Assembly: GCA_037969645.1 (NCBI GenBank)
Contig: JBBKXU010000316.1
Coordinates: 1,292-65,291, forward strand
Reading direction: 5' to 3'
Origin: Ferruginibacter sp.
GTDB taxonomy: Bacteria > Bacteroidota > Bacteroidia > Chitinophagales > Chitinophagaceae
Length of the DNA stretch: 64,000 nt
Shown piece by piece: positions 37,814 to 47,332 of this stretch. Below the pieces are notes generated by a model. It did no database searches, was not told where the DNA came from, and was given only the letters and a program-made list of their open reading frames with translations. The position numbers and the translations under genes were made by a program. The number at the start of each line of letters is the position of its first letter. Positions within the stretch are counted from its first letter, which is position 1.

Positions 37814-39256
37814 ATGTTCAATAAAAGAATCAGAATAAAAGAGCTGCTAACCAGCGACAAGGTTAACTACGAAGCCACTGTGATGGGATGGGTACGCACT
37901 TTCCGCAACAATCAGTTTATTGCCCTTAACGATGGCAGTACCAACAATAATATACAAATTGTTGCCACATTGGGCGAATTTGATGATGCGCTTTTAAAGC
38001 GCTTAACCACCGGTGCATGTATTAAAGCAATCGGCGAAGTGATTCCTTCTTTGGGTAAGGGGCAAAAAGTTGAGTTGAAAGCAAGTGCCATTGAAATACT
38101 GGGCGATAGTGACGCAGAAACATTTCCAATGCAGCCTAAAAAGCATAGTTTGGAGTTTCTAAGGGAGAATGCCCACATGCGTTTCAGAACAAATACATTT
38201 GGATCGGTGTTTCGGGTTCGTCATGCATTGGCATTTGCTGTTCATAAATTTTTTAATGATAAAGGATTTATTTACCTGCACACCCCAATTATTACAGCTA
38301 GTGACGCAGAAGGTGCTGGTGAAATGTTTAAAGTAACTGCATTGCCGTTGGATGGAACTGCACCTAAAAATAAAGATGGCTCTATAAATTTTAAGGAAGA
38401 TTTTTTTGGCCGCAGTACCAACCTAACCGTGAGCGGACAATTAGAAGGAGAACTGGCGGCAACTGCCTTCAGCGATATTTATACTTTTGGACCAACCTTT
38501 AGAGCAGAAAACAGTAACACTACTCGGCATCTGGCCGAGTTTTGGATGATTGAGCCTGAAGTTGCTTTTAACGATCTGGAAGACAATGCTAATCTTGCCG
38601 AAGAATTCATCAAGTATATTATTAAATATGCAATGGATAACAATAAAGAAGATCTGGAGTTTTTAGAACAGCGCCTTGCCGAAGAAGAAAAACAAAAACC
38701 GCAAACCGAAAGAAGTGACATGGGTTTATTGGAGAAATTATCTTTTGTGGTAGATAATGATTTTGAGAGACTGACTTATACGGAAGCCATTGAAATATTG
38801 AAAAACTGTAATCATAATAAGAAAAAGAAATTTCAATATTTGATTGAAGGATGGGGAACCGATTTACAAAGCGAACACGAACGCTACTTGGTTGAAAAGC
38901 ATTTTAAAAAACCGGTGATACTTACTGATTATCCAAAGGAGATAAAAAGTTTTTACATGCGCCAGAACGACGACGGAAAAACTGTAGCAGCTATGGACAT
39001 TTTAGCGCCGGGTATTGGTGAAATTGTTGGTGGATCTCAAAGAGAAGAGCGTATGGATAAACTTACCCAGCGCATGGCAGAAATGAATGTACCAGCCGAT
39101 GAACTTTGGTGGTATTTGGAAACCAGGAAATTTGGTACTTGTCCGCATGCGGGCTTTGGGCTTGGCTTTGAGCGATTAGTACAGTTTGTAACGGGTATGG
39201 GAAACATAAGAGATGTAATACCTTTTCCAAGGTTTCCTAAGAGTGCTGAGTTCTAA
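37814..39256 (+). CDS. asnS: Asparagine--tRNA ligase
   Basis: [55 protein letters not shown] and GFGLGFER motifs. Confidence 0.98.
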   Translation: MFNKRIRIKELLTSDKVNYEATVMGWVRTFRNNQFIALNDGSTNNNIQIVATLGEFDDALLKRLTTGACIKAIGEVIPSLGKGQKVELKASAIEILGDSDAETFPMQPKKHSLEFLRENAHMRFRTNTFGSVFRVRHALAFAVHKFFNDKGFIYLHTPIITASDAEGAGEMFKVTALPLDGTAPKNKDGSINFKEDFFGRSTNLTVSGQLEGELAATAFSDIYTFGPTFRAENSNTTRHLAEFWMIEPEVAFNDLEDNANLAEEFIKYIIKYAMDNNKEDLEFLEQRLAEEEKQKPQTERSDMGLLEKLSFVVDNDFERLTYTEAIEILKNCNHNKKKKFQYLIEGWGTDLQSEHERYLVEKHFKKPVILTDYPKEIKSFYMRQNDDGKTVAAMDILAPGIGEIVGGSQREERMDKLTQRMAEMNVPADELWWYLETRKFGTCPHAGFGLGFERLVQFVTGMGNIRDVIPFPRFPKSAEF

Positions 39257-39305
39257 ATCGCTGATTACAATGATTGGTTGATTTCGCAGAAAAACTAAGA
39301 TAATT

Positions 39306-39334
39306 AACGCCGGGGCTGATTGCTTCGGCGTTTT
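39306..39334 (+). terminator. Intrinsic terminator after asnS
   Basis: AACGCCGGGGC..GCTTCGGCGTT-TT hairpin; preceded by a one-sided TGATT 9-mer array at 39259-39290. Confidence 0.7.
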
Positions 39335-39389
39335 ATATTGAGTTAAATAAATTTAGTGCTTAACTTACAATAGCAATAAATCTTGTACA

Positions 39390-40238
39390 ATGGCCGTGTA
39401 TCTCAACAATCGTTTTTTAGAAAATGAAGAAGCTATGCTTCATGTTTCTGATCTGTCTATACAAAGAGGCTATGCCATTTTTGATTTTTTCAGAACAGTG
39501 GATGGCGTTCCGCTTTTCATGCCCGACCATTTGGATCGTTTTTTTGCATCGGCCGCAGCCATGCATTTAACCGTTAAACAAATCAGAGAAGAGCTTACAA
39601 CAATTATTATTGAACTGATAAAACGAACAGATATTCCGCAGGTGGGTATACGCATGATGTTAACGGGTGGTAATTCTCCAGATCATTTTCAGCCTGCAGA
39701 ACCTAACCTGCTTATTACCTGCAACCCAATCACCATGTTCGATTTGTCAGATTTTGAAAAAGGCTTCTCAATCATCACACATGAGCACCAGCGTGACTTG
39801 CCGCATATAAAAAGCATCAACTATCAAATGGGTGTTTGGTTGCTGCCGCAATTAAAAAAACATAATGCCGACGACGCTTTGTATTATAAAAACAATACCA
39901 TAACCGAGTTTCCCCGCAGCAATATTTTTATTGTAACGCCTGAAAATAAAATGGTAACTCCCAAACACAATATGCTGTTGGGTGTAACCAGAAAAAATAT
40001 TTTAAAAATGGCCGAAGAAATTATGCCAACAGAAGAACGAGACATCAGCCTTGAAGAATTGATGAATGCTGATGAGATCATGCTAACCAGCACTACCAAA
40101 AGAATTGTACCCATCTTAAAAGTAAATAACCAGATCATTAGTAATGGCAAACCAGGAAAATTTACAACAATCCTTTATGAAAAATTGCTGGCTTTGGAAA
40201 AATCTATTGTTAGCTCATCAGCATATGCTGCAATATAA
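39390..40238 (+). CDS. Class IV PLP aminotransferase (D-alanine/BCAT/ADC-lyase family)
   Basis: RGYAIFDFFR, HLDRF..SA, IKSINY, TEFPRSNIF, LLGVTR and ADE..LTST motifs. Confidence 0.93.
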   Translation: MAVYLNNRFLENEEAMLHVSDLSIQRGYAIFDFFRTVDGVPLFMPDHLDRFFASAAAMHLTVKQIREELTTIIIELIKRTDIPQVGIRMMLTGGNSPDHFQPAEPNLLITCNPITMFDLSDFEKGFSIITHEHQRDLPHIKSINYQMGVWLLPQLKKHNADDALYYKNNTITEFPRSNIFIVTPENKMVTPKHNMLLGVTRKNILKMAEEIMPTEERDISLEELMNADEIMLTSTTKRIVPILKVNNQIISNGKPGKFTTILYEKLLALEKSIVSSSAYAAI

Positions 40239-41493
40239 ACACCGCAGCCCCGGCAAAATAACCAATTACAGCCAGCCAAGTTATTCGTTTGGCATACCAG
40301 ATAAACTCAATTTTTTCAATACCCATAGCGGCCACACCTGCTGCCGAGCCTATGATTAGAGCGCTGCCACCTGTTCCGGCACAATACGCTAAAAACTCCC
40401 AGAAAAAATGCCCCGTTGGGTATTCAGCAAGCGAATACATACCCTGTGCAGCAGCCACCAGCGGCACATTATCAACCACAGCAGATAGCAGCCCGATTGA
40501 CATCGTTATGACAGAAATATTACCAATCTTCTCATTCATTAAAGTAGCCAAATCGGTTAAAACACCGGTTGCCTGTAAAGCTCCGATACTTAACAATATT
40601 CCTAAAAAGAATAAAACACTTGCCGTGTCAATTTTCTTTAACGCATGATTTACAGATAACAGTCCTTTTTCCTGTTCATCTCTTTCACTATGTATCAACT
40701 CAGTTATTACCCACATTAAGCCTAAGCCAAATAAGATACCCATGTAAGGTGGTAAATGTGTAATCGTTTTAAATACCGGAACAAACAACAGACTGCCAAC
40801 GCCTAAGCCAAATACCAGCTTTCTTTGAAAAGCGCTTGTATTAAAATTAATATTCTCTCCTTCATTCCCTTCAACGAGTTTTAGGTTCCCCTTCATTTTC
40901 CAAGCAATCAGCGCTGCAGGAATTACCATACTTACTAAGCTTGGCAGAATTGTTTGCACTATAATTGACCCTGCTGTTATCTGTCCGCCAATCCAAAGCA
41001 TGGTTGTAGTAACATCACCAATGGGCGACCAGGCCCCGCCCGAATTAGCGGCAATAACAACCAGGGCAGCAAACATCAGACGCTCTTCTTTATCTGCAAT
41101 TATTTTACGCAAAAGCGAAACCAATACAATAGTAGTTGTAAGATTATCTAAAACCGCTGATAAAAAGAAAGTAATAAAAGCAATCAGCCAAACTAATTTC
41201 TTTTTATCAGTGGTTCTGATCCGGCTTGTGATAATATAAAAACCATCATGGGCATCAATCAACTCCACAATAGTCATAGCGCCCATCAGGAAAAACAATA
41301 TTCCTGCAACCTCGCCCAGGTGGCCGGTAAGGTATTCGGAAGCTTCGTGACCATCTTTTGCAAACAGCGCATAAATAGACCAGCATAAAGCTGCCGTTAT
41401 TAAAGCTGTAGCCGCTTTGTTTATCTTTAATGGATGCTCTAGTGCGATGGCTGCATAACCTAAAATAAAAACGATGCAAATAGCAATTATCAT
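40210..41493 (-). CDS. nhaD: Na+/H+ antiporter, NhaD family
   Basis: FFLMGAMTIVE, SAVLDNLTT, ANSGGAWSPIGDVTT, SAVVDNVPLVAA and GGSALIIGSAAGV motifs. Confidence 0.93.
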   Translation of the reverse strand: MIIAICIVFILGYAAIALEHPLKINKAATALITAALCWSIYALFAKDGHEASEYLTGHLGEVAGILFFLMGAMTIVELIDAHDGFYIITSRIRTTDKKKLVWLIAFITFFLSAVLDNLTTTIVLVSLLRKIIADKEERLMFAALVVIAANSGGAWSPIGDVTTTMLWIGGQITAGSIIVQTILPSLVSMVIPAALIAWKMKGNLKLVEGNEGENINFNTSAFQRKLVFGLGVGSLLFVPVFKTITHLPPYMGILFGLGLMWVITELIHSERDEQEKGLLSVNHALKKIDTASVLFFLGILLSIGALQATGVLTDLATLMNEKIGNISVITMSIGLLSAVVDNVPLVAAAQGMYSLAEYPTGHFFWEFLAYCAGTGGSALIIGSAAGVAAMGIEKIEFIWYAKRITWLAVIGYFAGAAVFILQHMLMS

Positions 41494-41703
41494 ATATGTT
41501 TTTTACTGGTATAAAACAAAGTGTATAAATAAGTCTTTTGTTTTCTAATTCCTAACATTGGGTGCTGCTTTTTTAAAGTTTCCCTATTTGGCTTTCGTTC
41601 TAAACAGAACTATTTTAACTTATTTAACAGAGATCTTGCCAAGATACCGAATTACAGTATTCTAATTTTCGTTATTTTTATAAACCATTGTAAAAATGAA
41701 AAA

Positions 41704-42537
41704 ATGAAAAAATCTTTGTTGTTTATTGTTTTGCTGTTTTTGTTTTCTGCTCCTGATGTATTGGCGCAGAGCCGTACTTTAAAACAGGTTATAGAATTGC
41801 AAATGCCCAAGAAGACGGGCGATGAGCTTTGTGGTACCCGTGGAGGATCGGTTTGCTGGAACCCCGAAACCAAAATGTATTATGCTGCTTTCTGCGGTAA
41901 CAAGGGTTTTCCGCTGGCGTTATATACACAAGCAGGCAAACGTGTTTCCAAAGATGACCTTACTGCCATGGAAGATATAAGAGGAATCTGGTACAACCCT
42001 GCAGCAAAAAAAATAATGGCAAATACATACGACGATATTGGCTGGATAAGCTACAAACTTGATAAGGCCGGTACGCCCACCGATATTGACTATAAATATT
42101 CGGGTATGAACCAGCCTAATGGTCAATCTGTTGGCTCCTATGATTCCAGGTTAAAAAGGGTGTTTTTTTTAGATTACAGCAGGGTGATGCTGTACGAAGA
42201 TTTTGCGGATATGTTTGCCCGTGCTGACGATTCGGTACAGATACATTGGGGACGTAAAAAATCGGAAGGTATCGGTAACTACGAAAATGAGTTTGATGAA
42301 AATCCTGATTACAATCGCACGACTGTAATTTCTACCGGCATTAAAAATGCTGAGTTTGGATTTTTAAATACCGACAAAAAACAAATTGAATTATATGATC
42401 TTAAAGAAGGCTTTCTGCAACAAACTTTAAAATTACCCTACGATGCTCCTGTTGAAACTATGTTCAACTTTGCTTTTACAAATGGCATTTACTGGCTTTT
42501 TGATATAGAGCGTAGAAAATGGGTAGGATATAAATAA
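41704..42537 (+). CDS. Exported hypothetical protein (beta-rich, possibly beta-propeller)
   Basis: Signal peptide; repeated WNP/WYNP/YDS blade-like motifs. Confidence 0.8.
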   Translation: MKKSLLFIVLLFLFSAPDVLAQSRTLKQVIELQMPKKTGDELCGTRGGSVCWNPETKMYYAAFCGNKGFPLALYTQAGKRVSKDDLTAMEDIRGIWYNPAAKKIMANTYDDIGWISYKLDKAGTPTDIDYKYSGMNQPNGQSVGSYDSRLKRVFFLDYSRVMLYEDFADMFARADDSVQIHWGRKKSEGIGNYENEFDENPDYNRTTVISTGIKNAEFGFLNTDKKQIELYDLKEGFLQQTLKLPYDAPVETMFNFAFTNGIYWLFDIERRKWVGYK

Positions 42538-42541
42538 ATGT

Positions 42542-42577
42542 AAACAATCCCCGGAAAAATTCCGGGGATTGTTTTTT
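42542..42577. terminator. Bidirectional intrinsic terminator
   Basis: AAACAATCCCCGGAA-AAA-TTCCGGGGATTGTTT between convergent genes. Confidence 0.9.
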
Positions 42578-42606
42578 ATCGCTAAGAAAATCTCTGTTAA
42601 TCAGCT

Positions 42607-43677
42607 TCATCTGTTCAATCTGCGTTCCATTTCCCCCACCAATCCATCTTGCTTTAAATCCTGCGCAAGCTCCCAAAACATAATTCCTCCTAATTTTTTC
42701 TTTCTTATAAATTTTACTTTTTCTTTTATTGAACACTTATTATCAAATGTGGCAAATAATTTTTTTGCGGCATTATATTGATATGGTGCTTTTGCTTTTG
42801 GGTCCCAATAGTATTTAAAGCCCGATGTATCGCTGAAGTAACTGGTAAAATCGGAGTAGGCCACACCACGTTTGAATTTTCCGCCCTGGTACAAACCGTG
42901 ATTGGTTTCGGGAACATGCTCCCAAACCCGTGCATACATAGCTGCTCCAATGATAAGCTTCTTTGATGGAATTTTTTTATCCAACAACCAGTTTACACAC
43001 TTGCTTGTAGATTCCTGGTCAGGTAAGTAGCCATGCAGCGGGGTGTGATGCCCCGTTACAGTAGCATAGCCGCCCACCAGATCATAAGTCATCAGATTAA
43101 TAAAATCAACCAGCGGTGTTACTGCATCCCAGTCAACAGATTCTTCCAGGTATTTAATAAAGCCGCCTGCGGCAAAGGTTAACAGATAATCATTGCCCAT
43201 TTCATTTCGCAATGCTTTAATCAATTCGGTAAAATTATATTTATCTGTTGCATCAAATTTATGGCCCGGAAACCCTTCAATAGCAGGGTATTCCCAATCC
43301 AGATCGAGCCCATCTATTCCATATTGTTTAAAAAGTGTCACGGTAGTTTTAGCAAATTGCTGCCGTTGTGCTTCAGTAGAAAACATATCGCTGCAGAATG
43401 AACAAGCGCCCCAGCCGCCAATAGACACCATGATCTTTAAATCCGGATTAGTTTTTTTTAACGCCACCAATTGTTCAACCGTGTTTTGCTGTGTACTATC
43501 AACGAAGGCAAGTGTAGCGTTCTGCATTTTTAAAAAACTGTAAATAATATGAGTGAGTTTATTTACAGGATATTGTTTAATAGTTTCTGCTTTGCCTGTT
43601 GCATAGGCAATAATTTTGTACTGCGCCTGCAGTGATATATAGCAAAACAGAAAAACCGGAAGCAATACCTTTTTCAT
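42607..43677 (-). CDS. Glycoside hydrolase family 18 (chitinase-like)
   Basis: LTHIIYSF, SIGGWG, catalytic DGLDLDWEYP, MTYD and GGIMFWEL motifs. Confidence 0.95.
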   Translation of the reverse strand: MKKVLLPVFLFCYISLQAQYKIIAYATGKAETIKQYPVNKLTHIIYSFLKMQNATLAFVDSTQQNTVEQLVALKKTNPDLKIMVSIGGWGACSFCSDMFSTEAQRQQFAKTTVTLFKQYGIDGLDLDWEYPAIEGFPGHKFDATDKYNFTELIKALRNEMGNDYLLTFAAGGFIKYLEESVDWDAVTPLVDFINLMTYDLVGGYATVTGHHTPLHGYLPDQESTSKCVNWLLDKKIPSKKLIIGAAMYARVWEHVPETNHGLYQGGKFKRGVAYSDFTSYFSDTSGFKYYWDPKAKAPYQYNAAKKLFATFDNKCSIKEKVKFIRKKKLGGIMFWELAQDLKQDGLVGEMERRLNR

Positions 43678-43779
43678 GAAATTGAAGTTAGCTGATTTTT
43701 CTTTCGGTTTATTTTTAACAACAGTAAATAGTCTTTAAAGATTGAGATTGTTATTTTTACAATACACAAAACAAATATC

Positions 43780-45018
43780 ATGCAGGTAAAAACTTATTTA
43801 TGCATAACCGGAGTTCTTATTTCTGTTTATGCAACCGGATGCGGTAACAATAATACTTCAAGTCGTTTCAGCAAAGAAGGCGATACTACTATTCTTGCTC
43901 CGGTAGAAACCAAAAAAGCAAATGCAGATTTTAAACCGGCCTTTGAAGGACAAACAAGAATTGCAGGCGCAAAAACCAGCACAGCTTATAAAGTTGAAAA
44001 AATTGCCAGCGATTTAGGAAGACCGTGGGCCATTATTCCGCTGCCTGATAACAGGATACTGATAACCGAAAAAAGCGGTTACATGCAGATATTTGATGCT
44101 GATGGAAAGTTGGTAAAAAAGATAACCGGATTTCCTAAAGTAGATGATGGCGGACAAGGTGGTTTGCTGGATGTTGCTTTGGATCCCGATTTCAACCAAA
44201 ATAAAATGATCTATTGGTCATTTGCCGAAGAACAGGACAAAGGAAACCTAATGGCTGTGGCCAAGGGCCGTTTAGATGAAGCATCAGCAACCATTCAAAA
44301 CCCCACGGTAATCTTCAGGGCCACTCCGGCTTTAAGCAGCGGATTACATTTTGGATCAAGGCTTTTGTTCGATAAGGATGAGCATCTTTTTGTTTCTACC
44401 GGCGAGCGCTCAACAATGAAAGGCAGAGTGCAGGCGCAGTTGCTCAATTCTGGCTTGGGAAAGATTTTTAAAATAACTAAAGATGGTAAAGCGGCCCCGG
44501 GAAATCCGTTTATTAATCAACCCAACGCTATGCCAGAGATATATGCCTACGGTATTCGTAATGCACAAAGCTTAGATATACACCCCGTAACTGGCGAACT
44601 GTGGGAGGCTGAATTTGGCCCTCGTGGTGGCGATGAGCTCAATCTGATAAAAGCAGGAAATAATTATGGTTGGCCCGATATCACTTACGGTATTGAATAC
44701 AGCGGTAGAAAAATAGGCGATGATATACAACAAAAAGAAGGTATGGAGCAGCCGGTGTATTATTGGGATCCCGTGTTGTCGCCAAGCGGTATGGTTTTTT
44801 ATAAAGGCGATGCCATACCCGAATGGAAAAACAATTTATTTATTGGCGGACTAAACAGTTATCACATAGCCCGGTTGGTTATTGAAAACAATAAAGTAGT
44901 TGGTGAAGAAAGATTACTAGCGGATAAGAACGAACGCTTTAGAGATGTGACTTATAATAATAACATGCTTTATGCGGTAACAGATGGAGGTAATTTGTAC
45001 CGGATAAGTAAACAATAG
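43780..45018 (+). CDS. PQQ-dependent sugar dehydrogenase (GSDH/YliI family), lipoprotein
   Basis: Lipobox ATG-C, GQGGLLDV, HFGSRL, YGIRN, GPRGGDELN and NYGWP motifs. Confidence 0.93.
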   Translation: MQVKTYLCITGVLISVYATGCGNNNTSSRFSKEGDTTILAPVETKKANADFKPAFEGQTRIAGAKTSTAYKVEKIASDLGRPWAIIPLPDNRILITEKSGYMQIFDADGKLVKKITGFPKVDDGGQGGLLDVALDPDFNQNKMIYWSFAEEQDKGNLMAVAKGRLDEASATIQNPTVIFRATPALSSGLHFGSRLLFDKDEHLFVSTGERSTMKGRVQAQLLNSGLGKIFKITKDGKAAPGNPFINQPNAMPEIYAYGIRNAQSLDIHPVTGELWEAEFGPRGGDELNLIKAGNNYGWPDITYGIEYSGRKIGDDIQQKEGMEQPVYYWDPVLSPSGMVFYKGDAIPEWKNNLFIGGLNSYHIARLVIENNKVVGEERLLADKNERFRDVTYNNNMLYAVTDGGNLYRISKQ

Positions 45019-45032
45019 ATTAAATTGAAATC

Positions 45033-45881
45033 ATGCCTTCAGAAAAAAACATCATCATCACCGGTGCCAATCAGCTTCCAATAGCGCTGGATATTTTTTA
45101 TGATGATAACCCTGCTGCTAAACCGGTTGTTATTTATGCCCATGGTTTTAACGGTTTTAAAGACTGGGGGAATTTTGATTTGATTGCTGAACAATTTGCT
45201 GCCGCCGGTTTTACTTTTGTGAAGTTTAATTTTTCTCACAATGGCACATCACCAGAGCAGCCCGAGGATTTTGTAAACCTAGAAGCTTTTGGTAATAATA
45301 ATTACACCAAACAGCTCGATGATTTAAAACCTGTTGTTGACTGGGTTTGCGATTCAGCGAATAAATATCAACAGTATATTGATTCAAAAAACGTTTCACT
45401 AATCGGTCATAGTATGGGTGGCGGAATCGCCATACTGTTTGCTGCGGCAGATGATAGAATAAAAAAATTAATTGGTTGGGCATCCATTGCCGAATGTAAA
45501 ACGCCCTGGGGCAGCTGGCAGGCAGAGAAAATGAATGATTGGAAAGAAACAGGTGTTGCTTATTATCATAACGGTCGAACCAATCAGCAAATGCCCATGT
45601 ATTATCAACTGTTTGAAGATTACCTTAGAAACAGCGAAATGCTAAATATCGAAAAAGCGATCGGGCAGTTAAGTATTCCAATATTGATTTGTCATGGAAG
45701 AGATGACAGTTCGGTACAAGTTGAGAAAGCGGCACTACTTAAAAGCTGGCAACCATCGGCACAACTATTTATAACTGCTGGCGACCATGTTTTTAATCGT
45801 AAACACCCATGGACCGAAAATGAATTACCTTCAGAAATGCAGACAGTAGTTGATAAAACACTGCAATTTTTAAAACAATAA
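45033..45881 (+). CDS. Alpha/beta hydrolase
   Basis: HGFNGFKDWG, GHSMGG nucleophile elbow, HG.DD and GDHVF. Confidence 0.9.
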   Translation: MPSEKNIIITGANQLPIALDIFYDDNPAAKPVVIYAHGFNGFKDWGNFDLIAEQFAAAGFTFVKFNFSHNGTSPEQPEDFVNLEAFGNNNYTKQLDDLKPVVDWVCDSANKYQQYIDSKNVSLIGHSMGGGIAILFAAADDRIKKLIGWASIAECKTPWGSWQAEKMNDWKETGVAYYHNGRTNQQMPMYYQLFEDYLRNSEMLNIEKAIGQLSIPILICHGRDDSSVQVEKAALLKSWQPSAQLFITAGDHVFNRKHPWTENELPSEMQTVVDKTLQFLKQ

Positions 45882-45902
45882 TTAGACAACTAAAAAATCA
45901 TC

Positions 45903-46622
45903 ATGCAAAATAATATTAACAACAAAGTAGCTTACATAACAGGTGGTAGTAAAGGCATTGGATTTTCTGTTGCCAAAACTTTACTTGCTAGTGGCATGAA
46001 AGTAGCCATCAGCAGCCGGTCGCTCGATGCTGCAAAAAAAGCGGCTGCCTTATTGAGTAGCGATAGTAAACTGGTGCTGGCAGTAGAATCTGATGTTAGT
46101 TTGCCAGACGCTGAAACCAATGCTATTAAAACTGTGATGGATCATTTTGGACAGCTTGATGTCTTAGTAGCAAATGCCGGCGTAGGTCATTTTGCCCCCA
46201 TTGATACATTAACTGCCGAACAATGGAAAGAAACCATTGATACAAATCTAACCGGTGTGTTCAATAGTGTAAAAGCCAGTATTGATCCGTTAAAACTTAC
46301 CGAGGGATATATTATTACTATTGCAAGTTTGGCCGGTACCAATTTTTTTGAAAATGCTTCAGCATATAATGCCAGTAAATTCGGGCTGGTTGGTTTTACA
46401 CAGGCCGTAATGCTCGACCTGAGAAAATACGGTATTAAAGTTTCTACCATTATGCCCGGCTCAGTAGCTACATATTTTAATAACCATGTACCAAACGATA
46501 CCGATGCCTGGAAAATACAACCAGAGGACATTGGCAAATTGGTTCTCGATCTTCTTCAAATGAATCCAAGAACTTTGCCCAGTAAAATTGAAGTAAGGCC
46601 ATCGATGCCGCCGACAAAATAA
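45903..46622 (+). CDS. Short-chain dehydrogenase/reductase
   Basis: TGGSKGIG, NAGVG and YNASK motifs. Confidence 0.95.
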   Translation: MQNNINNKVAYITGGSKGIGFSVAKTLLASGMKVAISSRSLDAAKKAAALLSSDSKLVLAVESDVSLPDAETNAIKTVMDHFGQLDVLVANAGVGHFAPIDTLTAEQWKETIDTNLTGVFNSVKASIDPLKLTEGYIITIASLAGTNFFENASAYNASKFGLVGFTQAVMLDLRKYGIKVSTIMPGSVATYFNNHVPNDTDAWKIQPEDIGKLVLDLLQMNPRTLPSKIEVRPSMPPTK

Positions 46623-46632
46623 TTTTTCCTTC

Positions 46633-46716
46633 CGCTGCAAACAGCTACAATAAAACAGCACCCTAGTCAATCACCAAATCATCTACATCAATTTAAAAAA
46701 TCCTTCCAATCTGCTT
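46633..46716 (-). pseudogene. Degenerate fragment of an fhs 3' region (homologous to 47419-47505)
   Basis: 20-nt exact match GCAAACAGCTACAATAAAAC at 46637 and 47423, plus flanking similarity; contains a nonsense codon and indels. Confidence 0.8.
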
Positions 46717-46848
46717 ATTGTGTCTTATAATTATAGCATGCTTTATACAATTACCGAATGAGGCAATTTGTACAGGGTAAGTAGGCAATAGGAGTATTGT
46801 CAATTTTAAGCCGTAAGTTTAAAAATATCTACTGTTAATAACTACTAC

Positions 46849-47292
46849 ATGCTGCGTTGTTTAATCATTTCTGGAATAATAATTTTTGTGCATTTTTCGG
46901 TAGATGCAAAAACAGCAATTGCAAAAAATTTATATCATGCTATGCAGACAGATACATTAAAAGAGACGCCCGAACAACTTGTTCAAAGACAACTGGAAGC
47001 CTATAACAGTAGAGACTTGAAAGCGTTTCTGGCAACTTATTCCGAAGATATTATTTTAAACGATTTACCCGAAAAGCTTATCTGCAGCGGCATGGAGGCC
47101 TTGCGCAATAAATACAAAATCATGTTCGAAAACACACCTGATCTATTTTGTGAAATAAAAAAACGAATAGTGCTGGGTAATAAAGTAATTGATCATGAAT
47201 ATGTACTAAAAAACGGCAAATACATTTCTGTTGTTGCCGTTTATGAAATTAATAATGCGCTAATTACAAAAGTTACATTTATCAGAGAGTAG
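46849..47292 (+). CDS. NTF2-like / SnoaL-like protein with signal peptide
   Basis: VQRQLEAYNSRD..AF...YS.D and RIVLGNKVIDHE signature. Confidence 0.85.
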   Translation: MLRCLIISGIIIFVHFSVDAKTAIAKNLYHAMQTDTLKETPEQLVQRQLEAYNSRDLKAFLATYSEDIILNDLPEKLICSGMEALRNKYKIMFENTPDLFCEIKKRIVLGNKVIDHEYVLKNGKYISVVAVYEINNALITKVTFIRE

Positions 47293-47332
47293 AATTATTA
47301 ACCCGTCGCCCCTTCAACAACCTGAGCTAATA

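Noticed and set aside
41494-41650. Na+/Li+ riboswitch (DUF1646 or nhaA motifs) upstream of nhaD
   Set aside because: The leader may be ~140 nt but I could not match any known consensus; needs an Rfam scan.
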